NCBI GenBank assembly: GCA_947478905.1
Contig: CANJXG010000003.1
Location: 2,337-66,336, forward strand
Reading direction: 5' to 3'
Source: Coxiellaceae bacterium
Lineage (GTDB): Bacteria; Pseudomonadota; Gammaproteobacteria; Berkiellales; Berkiellaceae
Length of the DNA stretch: 64,000 nucleotides
Position numbers and translations under genes: made by a program. Under the pieces are notes generated by a model that ran no database searches, was not told where the DNA came from, and worked only from the letters and a program-made list of their open reading frames with translations. Below are positions 48,266 through 57,930 of this stretch, in pieces (the first letter of the stretch is position 1; each line of letters starts with the position of its first letter).

Positions 48266-50137
48266 TTAATTCAGTAAAGATTTTTTAATTTCTTGGATCA
48301 TTGTATTAGCAGTATCTAACTGACTTTTTTGTAAAAGATCCAAAACTTTATCTCTACTATTAAGTATATTTTGATCCGTAGAATTAGTCGCTGCAATGTC
48401 TAACCAAGCATAAGCTCTGATTCTATCCATTGCTACTCCTTTTCCTGATAAATAACTGAGCCCTAATTGGTACTGGGCGTATTTATCTCCTGCTAATGCG
48501 GCTTTAGTATACCATGATACTGCTAATTTATCATCTTGAATGCCGCCTTTGCCTATACGATAAAATTCCCCTAACTGATACTGTGCTGGAACATTACCTT
48601 GGTTGGCCGCCAAACTAAACCACTGAAAAGCGATTTTATTATTTTGAGGCGTATTTCCAGCAGCAAGCGCTTGTAGCCCTACTTTATATTGAGCTTGTGC
48701 ATCAGCATTATTTGCTGCTTTTTGGTACCATTTTAAGGCTTCTTTTGGATTAGGAGTCATGGTAAAACCTTGGGTTAAAAAATCACCCATCATAGCTTGA
48801 GCAGGGGCATACCCTCTATCTGCTGCTCGGCTGATCAAGTCATATGCCAATTTAGGATTTTTATCTACTCCAATTCCCTCATTATAAGATACCCCTAAAG
48901 CATACATTGAAGGTGGATGATTTGCATTAGCCGCTTCTTGATAATTTTGAAGCGCTTTGGCAGCATCTGGTTTTTCTTTCATTAACCCTTTTCGATATAC
49001 CTCACCCATAAAAAATAAAGAATCAGGATCTTTATTTTTTGCACCTAATTGAAACCATTTTAAAGCCCTTTGCTCATTTTTATCTGTGGCAATTCCTTTA
49101 TAAGAAGCCATCCCTAGATGATAATTTGCAGGGCCATAATTTTGCGAAGCTGCTTTTTCAAACCAAATTCTGGCTCCAACCGGATCCGCTTTATCTGTCA
49201 CTCCCTCTTCAATATGGACTCCCATTTGATAATAAGCCCCAGGGTAATGTGCTGCTATCCCTTTTTGAATCAGCTCTAAGGATTTATGAGAGTTTTTTTC
49301 TACCCCTTTACCTGTGCGATATAAAGTTGCTAATTCAGTAATAGCTTCTAAATTATTACGGGCAACAGCCTTTTGAACCCATTGAAGATAGGTGACATTA
49401 TTTGGAGGAACTTGAGCCCCATCTCTATAAAGATGAGCCAATAGTAACATTGCTTTTTCAGAATTCAAATTCGCTGCTTTAGTATAATTTTCTATTGCTT
49501 TTGAAATATTTTTATCAACACCAACTCCTGAAAAGTAAGCATCTCCTAAAATAATTAAAGCAGAAGGATCATTTGCATCTGCGGCTTGCGTAAAAAACTT
49601 CATAGCCGTAGCCATATTTTTGGGTACACCTAACCCTGCGGAGTAACTTAATCCTAGGGCATATTTTGCTGGGGCATAATCTGCTACGTCAATTGCTTTT
49701 GTAAACCACCTATTGCCCTGATAATAATCTTGTTTGGTGCCTTGGCCATTCATATAATTTATCCCTAAATTATACATAGCTCCTACATGCCCTTTATCGG
49801 CTGCTTTTTGAAACCATTGAAAAGCTGCCGAATCAGAAGAAACCACTCCTAAACCCGAAGCATACCCTAACCCAACATTATATATTGCTTCTACATGACC
49901 TTGTTGGGCAGCTTTAAAAAACAATTCAAATGCCTTTGTATGATTTTTTTCAACCCCATCCCCTTCAAGATACATTTTTGCTAATGTAAATTGCGCTTGC
50001 GGATCATTTGTTTTAGCAGCCTTTTGGGTATTTTGGGATGCATTAGATTCAGTAACAGGTGTGGTAGCGCAAAAACCTGAAAGCGGAGCAATTAGGATCG
50101 CCCCCATGAAAATAGGTATTATTTTTGATTTTGCCAT
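48266..50137 (-). CDS. Secreted Sel1-repeat (SLR/TPR-like) protein, EnhC/LpnE-like
   Basis: Signal peptide and about 14 repeats of the A...(Y/F)..AA..G...A...LG..Y..G.GV..(D/N) pattern. Confidence 0.85.
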   Translation of the reverse strand: MAKSKIIPIFMGAILIAPLSGFCATTPVTESNASQNTQKAAKTNDPQAQFTLAKMYLEGDGVEKNHTKAFELFFKAAQQGHVEAIYNVGLGYASGLGVVSSDSAAFQWFQKAADKGHVGAMYNLGINYMNGQGTKQDYYQGNRWFTKAIDVADYAPAKYALGLSYSAGLGVPKNMATAMKFFTQAADANDPSALIILGDAYFSGVGVDKNISKAIENYTKAANLNSEKAMLLLAHLYRDGAQVPPNNVTYLQWVQKAVARNNLEAITELATLYRTGKGVEKNSHKSLELIQKGIAAHYPGAYYQMGVHIEEGVTDKADPVGARIWFEKAASQNYGPANYHLGMASYKGIATDKNEQRALKWFQLGAKNKDPDSLFFMGEVYRKGLMKEKPDAAKALQNYQEAANANHPPSMYALGVSYNEGIGVDKNPKLAYDLISRAADRGYAPAQAMMGDFLTQGFTMTPNPKEALKWYQKAANNADAQAQYKVGLQALAAGNTPQNNKIAFQWFSLAANQGNVPAQYQLGEFYRIGKGGIQDDKLAVSWYTKAALAGDKYAQYQLGLSYLSGKGVAMDRIRAYAWLDIAATNSTDQNILNSRDKVLDLLQKSQLDTANTMIQEIKKSLLN

Positions 50138-50177
50138 TTTAAGTATAAGTCCATATATTATTGATAATGGTATAAGA

Positions 50178-51164
50178 TTATAAACTATTTAACTTTGCCC
50201 TTTCTAAAAGCACCTTCTGAGCCGCTGCTACATTCTCAAGCCGTCCAGACCACAATTTTAAACAAGGATCTTGCAACGCCCTTCCAAATGAGAAACTTAC
50301 ATTCCAAGGGGTATATCCATTTTTTAAGGCACGTAAATTAGCCGTTGCTTCTTCAGGAGTCTGCCCACCTGATAAAAAATTAATACTCGGGACTGCTACT
50401 GGCACAGTGCGTTTAAAAATTTTCAATGTCATTTGAGCTATTTGTTCTGAGTTTGCATGCTCAGTACATATTTTCCCGGGGATAACCATACTGGGTTTTA
50501 AAATCATACATTCTAGTGCAACACTATGTTTATGTAATGCATGAAACAAAGTTTCTAAGACAGATTCTGTAACTTGCGCACAATATTCGAGCGTATGCGC
50601 TCCATCCATTAAGATTTCGGGCTCAACAATAGGTACCAAGCCTTGCTCTTGGCATAAAGCGGCATAGCGCGCCAAAAGCACTACGTTTGTTTTTATGAGC
50701 AACTTAGAGGGTTTAGTATTTGATATTGAAAAGACGGCACGCCATTTGGCAAAAGAAGCCCCTTGCTTTTTATAAGCTATTAGTCTATCTCTTAGACCAT
50801 CTAACCCTTCTGTGACTTGCTCTGTATTATCTGCATTCTCTGTCATTACAAAGGGGACCAATCCTTTATCGACTTTAATACCTATATAAATATTTTGATC
50901 CGACAATACTTTGGTGAATAACTCACCTTGAGTAGTACTTTGCTCTAATGTTTCTTCAAATAAAATACAGCCTGAAATAAACTCCCCTAATCCAGGAGTA
51001 GTAAACAAAAGTTCTCTATATGCTCTTCTATTTTCTTGCGTTGAATCAATTCCTACCGCTTTAAAGCGTTTAGTAATAGTGGGCATGCTTTCATCTGCAG
51101 CTAAAATGCCAACCCTAGGTCTGGTGAGGTGACGAATTGTACTTGTGAGTAAGGTAATATCCAT
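50178..51164 (-). CDS. Class I (Schiff-base) fructose-bisphosphate aldolase
   Basis: GILAADES..T..KRF, ILKPSMV (Schiff-base lysine region), FLSGGQ, SFSFGRALQ. Confidence 0.85.
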   Translation of the reverse strand: MDITLLTSTIRHLTRPRVGILAADESMPTITKRFKAVGIDSTQENRRAYRELLFTTPGLGEFISGCILFEETLEQSTTQGELFTKVLSDQNIYIGIKVDKGLVPFVMTENADNTEQVTEGLDGLRDRLIAYKKQGASFAKWRAVFSISNTKPSKLLIKTNVVLLARYAALCQEQGLVPIVEPEILMDGAHTLEYCAQVTESVLETLFHALHKHSVALECMILKPSMVIPGKICTEHANSEQIAQMTLKIFKRTVPVAVPSINFLSGGQTPEEATANLRALKNGYTPWNVSFSFGRALQDPCLKLWSGRLENVAAAQKVLLERAKLNSL

Positions 51165-51274
51165 ATTTAAATTCCATCTTAAATACTTCAGTATACTACA
51201 AAAAGTGATATAATTTCAAAAGTGATGTAACTTTATATCTGATAACGTGCTAAAAAATGGAGCGATAATAGTAT

Positions 51275-51772
51275 ATGTACCCAACCAATGATAATTCTGG
51301 ACATTCAAGCACAACCTGGATTTTAGTCGCAAATGGCAGCGAGGCAAAGTTATATACTGCACTAAACAAAAATCTCTGTCCTACTAATTTAGAACATATT
51401 GCACTTACTTTTGTAGAACGCTTTGAGCATCTACAAAGTCGAGCAAAAGATTCTGAGCTAGTCTCTGATCAAGCCGGACGCTATTCTAATAAAGGACTTC
51501 CCAAAAGCGCTTTTTCACAACAAACCGATCCGCATGATAATGAACGGGTTAAATTTGCACAAGAATTGGCGCTCTTCTTAGATGACAAACGCAAAACAGA
51601 GGGGCTGGATGCTTTAATGTTAATTTGTCCCTCTCGTTTTTATGGTGATCTCAATAAACATATCTCTAAGCATGTTGCTAAATTGATAACCAAGGTAATA
51701 GACAAGGATTACACCAAAGAATCCGAATCTAAATTAATTCAACACATTAAAGATACTTTATCTTTACAATAA
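51275..51772 (+). CDS. Host-attachment-protein family (PF10116-like) protein
   Basis: TWILVANGSEAKLY N-terminus, size and acidic middle resemble this family. From memory only. Confidence 0.5.
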   Translation: MYPTNDNSGHSSTTWILVANGSEAKLYTALNKNLCPTNLEHIALTFVERFEHLQSRAKDSELVSDQAGRYSNKGLPKSAFSQQTDPHDNERVKFAQELALFLDDKRKTEGLDALMLICPSRFYGDLNKHISKHVAKLITKVIDKDYTKESESKLIQHIKDTLSLQ

Positions 51773-51800
51773 ACATGCAATAACTGAAGGCACTATATTT

Positions 51801-52829
51801 ATGATTGATTTTTTCATGCAATATGCATTATTCTTCGCTAAATCTCTTACTTTTTTTATATTCACAGTACTAACTGTTCTAGCTGTTATTGTTATAGTGA
51901 TACGATCTAAATCTCAGGCTCAAGATGGCACATTTATGATCGATAATATCAATGATCGCTTAGATGATATTACTGAACTTTTAGACAGTGAGATACTCTC
52001 TAAAAGCGAATTGAAAGCCAAAATAAAAGCACGAAAAAAATCAAAATCAGCACAAGAAAACCAAGCAGAGCTCCCGAGGCTATTTGTTTTAAATTTTGAT
52101 GGTGATATCAAAGCTTCTCAGGTGAATGAACTAAGAGAAACCATCACCGCTATCCTGAACATTGCTTCTGCTCAGGATGAAGTGTTACTGATATTAGAAA
52201 GCGGTGGTGGCTTTGTTCCTCATTACGGATTAGCGGCATCACAACTCGCACGATTTAGAGAGCGTAATATCCCACTTACTATTGCTATCGATAAAATAGC
52301 AGCCAGTGGTGGCTATTTAATGGCTTGTGTGGCTAATAAAATTATTTGTGCGCCTTTTGCTATAGTGGGCTCTATTGGTGTAGTTGCTATTATTCCCAAT
52401 TTTTATGAATTATTAAAAAAACATAATATCGAGATTGAACAACATACTGCAGGTCAGTATAAGCGCACACTCACGATGTTTGGAGAAAATAATGACGAAG
52501 CACGTGAAAAATTTAAAGAAGAATTAACGCAAACACACGTACACTTTAAAGAATTTATTGAAAAATATCGCCCCCAAGTCGATATAGAACAGGTCGCAAC
52601 AGGTGAACATTGGTCTGGTGAAAAAGCAAAAAGTTTAAACCTGGTTGATGAGCTTCAAACCAGTGATGATTATATCTTAGAGAAATATCCCTACTATAAA
52701 ATGTATAAAATTAGCTTTGTCATTAAAGTCAGCTTAAAAGATAAATTATCTGCAAGTATATCTGGTTCCATATCAGGGGCCATTGAAAATATCGTTTTAA
52801 AAATAATGAATTTAAAAAATTCAATCTAA
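51801..52829 (+). CDS. sohB: Peptidase S49 inner-membrane protease SohB
   Basis: N-terminal TM, F.GD..AS.V..LREE, AASGGYLMACVA serine motif. Confidence 0.85.
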   Translation: MIDFFMQYALFFAKSLTFFIFTVLTVLAVIVIVIRSKSQAQDGTFMIDNINDRLDDITELLDSEILSKSELKAKIKARKKSKSAQENQAELPRLFVLNFDGDIKASQVNELRETITAILNIASAQDEVLLILESGGGFVPHYGLAASQLARFRERNIPLTIAIDKIAASGGYLMACVANKIICAPFAIVGSIGVVAIIPNFYELLKKHNIEIEQHTAGQYKRTLTMFGENNDEAREKFKEELTQTHVHFKEFIEKYRPQVDIEQVATGEHWSGEKAKSLNLVDELQTSDDYILEKYPYYKMYKISFVIKVSLKDKLSASISGSISGAIENIVLKIMNLKNSI

Positions 52830-53578
52830 TTTTTCCAAGCTTTCATGCGCCCTTGCAAGCGCATCATTGCTTGGCTATGTATTTGGCTTACTCTAGATTC
52901 ACTCACGCCTAAAATTTGGCCTACTTCTCGCAAATTGAGCTCTTCATCGTAATACAGCGCTACCACTAGCTTTTCCCTATCTGGCAATTTGGCCAGCTCA
53001 GCAGATAAGCTTGCTGTAAAATCAGCCTGCTGTACGCCTTCTATAGGATTGAGCATGGAGGGATGGGTATTGGTGAAAATAGCTTCACTTAAGCCTAAAT
53101 CTTCAAACGCACACATTCGTGTACTATTGTTATCAGAGATAAAAGCATAGTACTCTTCTAGAGGTATCCCTAATTTTTCAGCAACCTCATTGACTTTTGC
53201 CCCTCGCCCTTTCAGATTTTCTACTTCTCGGGTGGCTTTGGCGACCATTCTATTATTACGATGCACAGAGCGTGGAGTCCAATCTCCCTTTCGGATTTCA
53301 TCTAACATAGAGCCCCTAATTCGAATACCAGCATACGTAGCAAAACTGGCACCTTTGGAGTCATCAAATTTGCGTGCAGCCTCAATCAAGCCTATCATTC
53401 CTGCTTGAATTAAATCGTCTAACTGTACATTACTTGGAAGTTTTGAAATAAGATGATGCCCTATGCGTTTCACTAAAGGGGTATATTCTTCAATCACACT
53501 TTTGTCAATTTCTTCAAAATGATCGGTTTGCTCAATTTCTTCACTCATTTTTTTACTACAGTCCCTTTTATGATTCAA
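52826..53578 (-). CDS. fliA: Sigma-28 type RNA polymerase sigma factor (FliA/WhiG family)
   Basis: Region 2 DLIQAGMIGLIEAARKFD...FATYA..RIRG.MLDE.R; region 4 L.REKLV.ALYY.EELNL.E.G..LGVSESRVSQIH. Confidence 0.8.
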   Translation of the reverse strand: MNHKRDCSKKMSEEIEQTDHFEEIDKSVIEEYTPLVKRIGHHLISKLPSNVQLDDLIQAGMIGLIEAARKFDDSKGASFATYAGIRIRGSMLDEIRKGDWTPRSVHRNNRMVAKATREVENLKGRGAKVNEVAEKLGIPLEEYYAFISDNNSTRMCAFEDLGLSEAIFTNTHPSMLNPIEGVQQADFTASLSAELAKLPDREKLVVALYYDEELNLREVGQILGVSESRVSQIHSQAMMRLQGRMKAWKN

Positions 53579-53836
53579 AAATAATATCGAGAGTCATTAT
53601 TAGTTAGAATAGCAAATTATTAGAAAATAAACTTCCAAAATGACATTTTATAATTGATTTGTTATTTGATCTGAACTGTCTTGCTTAGAGGGTATTATTT
53701 ATTATTTTGCGCAATACAATAGAAATTGTAAGCTTTAGATAAGATTACGAAAAAAAATTTACGAAAAAAAATTGAAGCCCAATGTTGTCATCAAATATTT
53801 CACTTTTTGACTTAGTGGGAACTGCGAATTTAATTA

Positions 53837-54142
53837 TTATTCAATCACAAATATTTCATCTAATTTTGTAATTACGAATATTTTTTTAACATCTTTATTA
53901 CAATTCACAATCTTAATCTCCGCCCCCGAATGCATCGCATGCTCTCGTAATGCTAATAACATTCCTAAGGCTGAGCTATCTAGGTAATCAGCTTCTTGCA
54001 AATCGATAATATAGGTCTTAGGCTGCTTCTTAGGATTTTCATAGGCCCCCCTAAAAAGCTGCAAAGAACTAAAATCAAAACGACCCTGCACAGCAATAAC
54101 TAAATCCTTTCCATTATTTGACGGCATTGCAGATACTTTCAT
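53837..54142 (-). CDS. STAS-domain protein (anti-sigma-factor antagonist, SpoIIAA/RsbV-like)
   Basis: About 100 aa. ..IDL....Y(L/I)DSSALGMLL... contains the conserved phosphorylatable Ser context. Confidence 0.75.
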   Translation of the reverse strand: MKVSAMPSNNGKDLVIAVQGRFDFSSLQLFRGAYENPKKQPKTYIIDLQEADYLDSSALGMLLALREHAMHSGAEIKIVNCNKDVKKIFVITKLDEIFVIE

Positions 54143-54248
54143 GGTGACCTCTTTTTTATGCGCTCTATTAAAAGAGTAGCAAAAAATTGAAAATAAGTCG
54201 TTTTACCTGTAAACTAGCTTATATTTCATAAACAAAGAGAATCATACT

Positions 54249-54392
54249 ATGCAAGAAAGTCAAATAGATAACGCAAGGCCCGTCCTTGATCTCTCTCCTT
54301 ACTATATATTTGGACTCCCTATCCTCGCCTTTTTATCCATCCTTGTGTGTATATCCTTAGGTATTACAGCAATCTACGAATACTGCTTCTAA
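54249..54392 (+). CDS. Possible 47-aa single-TM small protein
   Basis: ATG-to-TAA ORF (MQESQIDNARPVLDLSPYYIFGLPILAFLSILVCISLGITAIYEYCF) in an otherwise empty 257-nt gap. Not in the supplied ORF track because it is short. Confidence 0.25.
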   Translation: MQESQIDNARPVLDLSPYYIFGLPILAFLSILVCISLGITAIYEYCF

Positions 54393-54399
54393 ATTTTAT

Positions 54400-54475
54400 G
54401 CCCCGGTGGCACAGTGGATAGCGCGGCCCCCTCCTAAGGGGCAGGTCGCAGGTTCGATTCCTGCCCGGGGCACCA
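54400..54475 (+). tRNA. tRNA-Arg (anticodon CCU)
   Basis: Cloverleaf folded by hand. Acceptor GCCCCGG/CCGGGGC, D-arm GCAC-AGUGGAUA-GCGC, anticodon stem GCCCC/GGGGC with loop CUCCUAA, T-arm GCAGG-TTCGATT-CCTGC, encoded CCA. Confidence 0.95.
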
Positions 54476-54695
54476 TATATATCAATGAGTTATAGTTTTA
54501 AGGTTAGATGGATTTTAAGGAAAATATTTTTGGGGGTAACCACAGGGGTAACCAAATTTTTAAATCTTACTTAACGATATACTAATCTGAGTGATCTTTA
54601 CCTGTTCCTGACCTGCTTAACAGGCTTGCAGAAAAAAGATAGTTTAATAACATTAAAAAGTAGGGCTAATAAAATATCTTGCGAGGATAAAATCA

Positions 54696-55076
54696 ATGAA
54701 AGCACATTTAAGCCATATTGCACTTTTAGTGACTAATTTAGAAAAAGCACGATCTTTTTACAGTGATATTTTAGGATTCCAAGAGATAGATCGACCACCC
54801 TTTTTGATTAAGGGGATCTGGTATAGTTTGGGGGATTTTGAGTTGCATCTTATGTTATATGAACAAGCCGCTCAGCCACAAGTCCATCCCCTCAATGAAA
54901 CGGTACAACCCCATTTTGCAATTTCTATCACAGAATCTCAGATGGCAATTATTTTAAAAAAATTACAAGATCATAATATCTCTCTCATTGCAGAACCTGA
55001 GCAATCTTCAGCGGGTATATTACAAGTCTTTTTCTATGATTTTGATAAAAATATGATAGAGCTAAACAACTCATAA
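54696..55076 (+). CDS. VOC/glyoxalase-family protein
   Basis: HIAL.V.(N/D)LE.A..FY...LGF and HFA...; about 126 aa. Confidence 0.75.
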   Translation: MKAHLSHIALLVTNLEKARSFYSDILGFQEIDRPPFLIKGIWYSLGDFELHLMLYEQAAQPQVHPLNETVQPHFAISITESQMAIILKKLQDHNISLIAEPEQSSAGILQVFFYDFDKNMIELNNS

Positions 55077-55097
55077 AATATAACGAGGACTTTTATA

Positions 55098-55784
55098 ATG
55101 CTTGATATTTTGAAAGATAAAAAGTTTTACATATTATGGCTAATTTCTATTTTGGGATCTGTTTCAGTCTTACCTTATGCTGCAGCACTAGGGAAAATAG
55201 CTATCACACCGAATATAATTATTGCGGCACTCATTCAAAGCGCATTTTTATTTGGATTAGCCATATTTTTTGGACTAAAACTCAGCAAAAAACTGGGTTT
55301 TAAAATCATTCCATCCGATAAATTTATTATTCCTTCAATTACATCGGGAATAGCTTTAGGATTAGTACTTAAGTTTTCAGATAAATTTATATTTACAACA
55401 AGCTCATATTTGTTAACTAAGCAACTCATTAATGTTGAAGCATGGCAAGGAATGCTAGCCTCAATTTATGGAGCAGTTAATGAAGAAATTTTGTTAAGAT
55501 TATTTTTAGTTTCTTTATTTGCTTTTTTATTACAAAAATTTTCAAAAATTAAAAAATCAAAATGTATTATTGCTTCAATCCTATTTTGTTCCTTAATATT
55601 TGGATTAGGTCATTTACCTGCACTTTATAAAATTTTAGAAACGCCTCATAGCTGGGACATTTTAAGAGTATTAACTCTAAATGGACTAGCCGGGGTTGTA
55701 TTTGGATTATTATATTGGAGATATGGCTTAATGGCTTCTATGTTGAGTCACTTTGTAGCTGATTTATTAATTCATGTTTTTTAA
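55098..55784 (+). CDS. CPBP (CAAX) family intramembrane metalloprotease
   Basis: Motif 1 NEEILLR, motif 2 FGLGH, motif 3 HFVADL, within a polytopic protein. Confidence 0.8.
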   Translation: MLDILKDKKFYILWLISILGSVSVLPYAAALGKIAITPNIIIAALIQSAFLFGLAIFFGLKLSKKLGFKIIPSDKFIIPSITSGIALGLVLKFSDKFIFTTSSYLLTKQLINVEAWQGMLASIYGAVNEEILLRLFLVSLFAFLLQKFSKIKKSKCIIASILFCSLIFGLGHLPALYKILETPHSWDILRVLTLNGLAGVVFGLLYWRYGLMASMLSHFVADLLIHVF

Positions 55785-55796
55785 AGATTTAAGATT

Positions 55797-56267
55797 ATGA
55801 AAAATACTTTTTTTTTACGTGAAGCCACCCTATTGGATAGCATAACTATTGCGGATATATATTTAGAATCCCGTAAAAAATTATTAGCTTATGCTCCTTT
55901 AGCCCATACTGATGCTAATATTCGAAACTGGGTTCGGGATACTCTCATTCCTACAGGTCAAGTAACGGTTGCAGAAAGAAATGGCCAAATTCTGGGGATG
56001 ATGGCTCTATTAACAGAGCAAAATCTAGGATGGGTTGAGCAGCTTTATATATTACCTACAGAAATTAGCCAGGGCATTGGTAGTGCATTAATTGAATTGG
56101 CCAAAAAAACCTTAGGCTCCCCTATTCAATTATATACCTTTCAGGAAAATCTGATAGCTAAACGTTTCTATGAACGCCATGGTTTTAAAGCTATCCTATT
56201 CCGAGACGGCTCTGAAAATGAAGAAAACTGCCCTGATATTTTATTTAGATGGCAAATTAATAGCTAA
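55797..56267 (+). CDS. GNAT-family N-acetyltransferase
   Basis: L.V.P..QG.GIGSALIE acetyl-CoA motif A; FYE(R/K)HGF. Confidence 0.8.
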   Translation: MKNTFFLREATLLDSITIADIYLESRKKLLAYAPLAHTDANIRNWVRDTLIPTGQVTVAERNGQILGMMALLTEQNLGWVEQLYILPTEISQGIGSALIELAKKTLGSPIQLYTFQENLIAKRFYERHGFKAILFRDGSENEENCPDILFRWQINS

Positions 56268-56277
56268 TAATAGGATA

Positions 56278-56823
56278 ATGATGACAATTATTGAAACAGA
56301 ACGGCTTATTTTAAGAAGTTGGAAATCAGAAGATGCCAATGCTTACTTTAAAATTAATCAAGATCCTAAAGTTATTGAATTTTTACCTGGCCCATATAGC
56401 ATGGAGTATATAATTGATTTCATTTCAAGAATGAATCAACAAGAAATAAAACAGGGTTATACCTTGTGGGCTGTAGAACTTAAAGCAACAGGCGAATGTA
56501 TGGGGTTTATTGGCCTAAACTATACAGACTGGGAAGGCTCCTTCACACCAGCTGTAGAAATTGGTTGGCGCTTGGGCTCTCAGTTTTGGGGTAAGGGATA
56601 TGCCACAGAAGGTGCCAAAGCCGCCTTAGATTATGGCTTCAATACATTAGGACTCAAAGAAATTGTTTCATTTACCGTGCGTGAAAATAAGGCCTCTATT
56701 CGGGTAATGGAAAAAATTGGTATGACACGAGATTTTGAAGGCGATTTTGGACATCCTAAACTCGAACCCAATCATCCATTATCAATGCATATTTTATATC
56801 GAATATCGCCCGAGGATAAGTAA
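56278..56823 (+). CDS. GNAT-family N-acetyltransferase, RimJ/RimL-like
   Basis: TERLILR..., GFIGL, WGKGYATE.A.A..DY.F, N..S.RVMEK.GM. ATG at 56278 preferred over the upstream in-frame ATG inside the previous gene. Confidence 0.8.
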   Translation: MMTIIETERLILRSWKSEDANAYFKINQDPKVIEFLPGPYSMEYIIDFISRMNQQEIKQGYTLWAVELKATGECMGFIGLNYTDWEGSFTPAVEIGWRLGSQFWGKGYATEGAKAALDYGFNTLGLKEIVSFTVRENKASIRVMEKIGMTRDFEGDFGHPKLEPNHPLSMHILYRISPEDK

Positions 56824-57353
56824 TGAAAGCAAAAACACATCCTTTTTTCATTAGTCAAAATGAACAGGATTATCATCCTGAAGCAGGCTGCGGTGTTGCC
56901 TCTTTAATGATGCTCCTCAAAGCTGCCAATTTTATACCTCTTCCAGATTGGAAATCGCTTTGCAATCAACTGAATCTTACCCTACCCCCTAGTGAAACCA
57001 ATCGAAACTGCACAGGGTATGGGATTAATGATCCTCTGATCGGCCTTTATCCGGAAGATTTATTTAAATTTGTCATACAATCTAACTTAGCATTTCGTAT
57101 GCATTTTCTCGAGAACGAATGGGAAGACTGCCTAACTCATGCACCTATTATGGTTATGATGACAGGACCAGAAGAAGCATTTGATCTTGATCCCAATGAG
57201 CTCCATTGGATTGTCTTGCTTGAACAAAATAAAAACTTTTTTACTTATTTAGATCCTTGGTATAAACATGATGAAGATTACATACGCCACATCTCAATCA
57301 AAGATTTTCATCAATATTATTCTGGTATTGCATTACAAATTTTAAAAAAATGA
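56823..57353 (+). CDS. Stand-alone peptidase C39-like (papain-fold) protein
   Basis: Ordered Q (SQNEQD), nucleophile context EAGCGVASLMMLL, HWIVLL, YLDPW, as in C39 bacteriocin-processing domains. TAATG overlap with the upstream GNAT. Confidence 0.5.
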   Translation: MKAKTHPFFISQNEQDYHPEAGCGVASLMMLLKAANFIPLPDWKSLCNQLNLTLPPSETNRNCTGYGINDPLIGLYPEDLFKFVIQSNLAFRMHFLENEWEDCLTHAPIMVMMTGPEEAFDLDPNELHWIVLLEQNKNFFTYLDPWYKHDEDYIRHISIKDFHQYYSGIALQILKK

Positions 57354-57883
57354 AACGATATATAATAACCGGCACTCCTGGCTGTGGCAAAACCTCCATC
57401 ATCGTGGCTCTAAAAACCCAAGGATACTTTGTCATTCCTGAGGCAGCAACTGACATTATTGCTGCCGAGCAAACATTAGGTGAAGAACAACCGTGGCTAA
57501 AACCCAATTTTATTGACAATATTATCGAGTTACAAAAAAAACGACAAATTGAAGCCGATAACTTACCGTCAAAAATTCAATTTTATGATCGTTCACCCAT
57601 TTGTACCTATGCCCTGGCTGTATACCTTGGTTTTGAGCCGTCTGCCGTTCTGATGAATGAAATCGAACGAATCCAGAAAAATAATATTTACGAAAAACGC
57701 GTCTTCTTTCTTGAGAATTTAGGCTTTATCACAAACACGGATGCCAGAAAAATAAGTTTTGAAGAATCTTTAAAATTTGAACAAATACACTTAGATACTT
57801 ACTCTAAATTTGGTTATGAATGCGTGCTTGTCCCTGCAGCATCCATTATTGAACGAGTTAGCACTATTTTGAGGTCAATATGA
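57350..57883 (+). CDS. P-loop NTPase (AAA_28 / NadR-kinase-like small ATPase)
   Basis: Walker A ITGTPGCGKTS at the extreme N-terminus, FYDRSP Walker-B-like region, about 177 aa. ATGA overlaps on both sides. Confidence 0.7.
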   Translation: MKRYIITGTPGCGKTSIIVALKTQGYFVIPEAATDIIAAEQTLGEEQPWLKPNFIDNIIELQKKRQIEADNLPSKIQFYDRSPICTYALAVYLGFEPSAVLMNEIERIQKNNIYEKRVFFLENLGFITNTDARKISFEESLKFEQIHLDTYSKFGYECVLVPAASIIERVSTILRSI

Positions 57884-57930
57884 AAAAAACGATTCTATTT
57901 TTAACCTTTGGATTATTATTTAATACCGCT
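57862..57930 (+). repeat. 69-nt direct repeat, copy A (RBS, start codon and signal-peptide coding region)
   Basis: 66/69 identical to 59898-59966, aligned by eye. Confidence 0.95.

Noticed and set aside
54476-54695. A search for an integrase remnant or att repeat immediately 3' of tRNA-Arg.
   Set aside because: No ORF with integrase-like translation appears in any frame that I could read, and no second copy of the tRNA 3' end was found by eye within the window. Only a 10-nt ggggtaacca direct repeat is present, which is too short to interpret.
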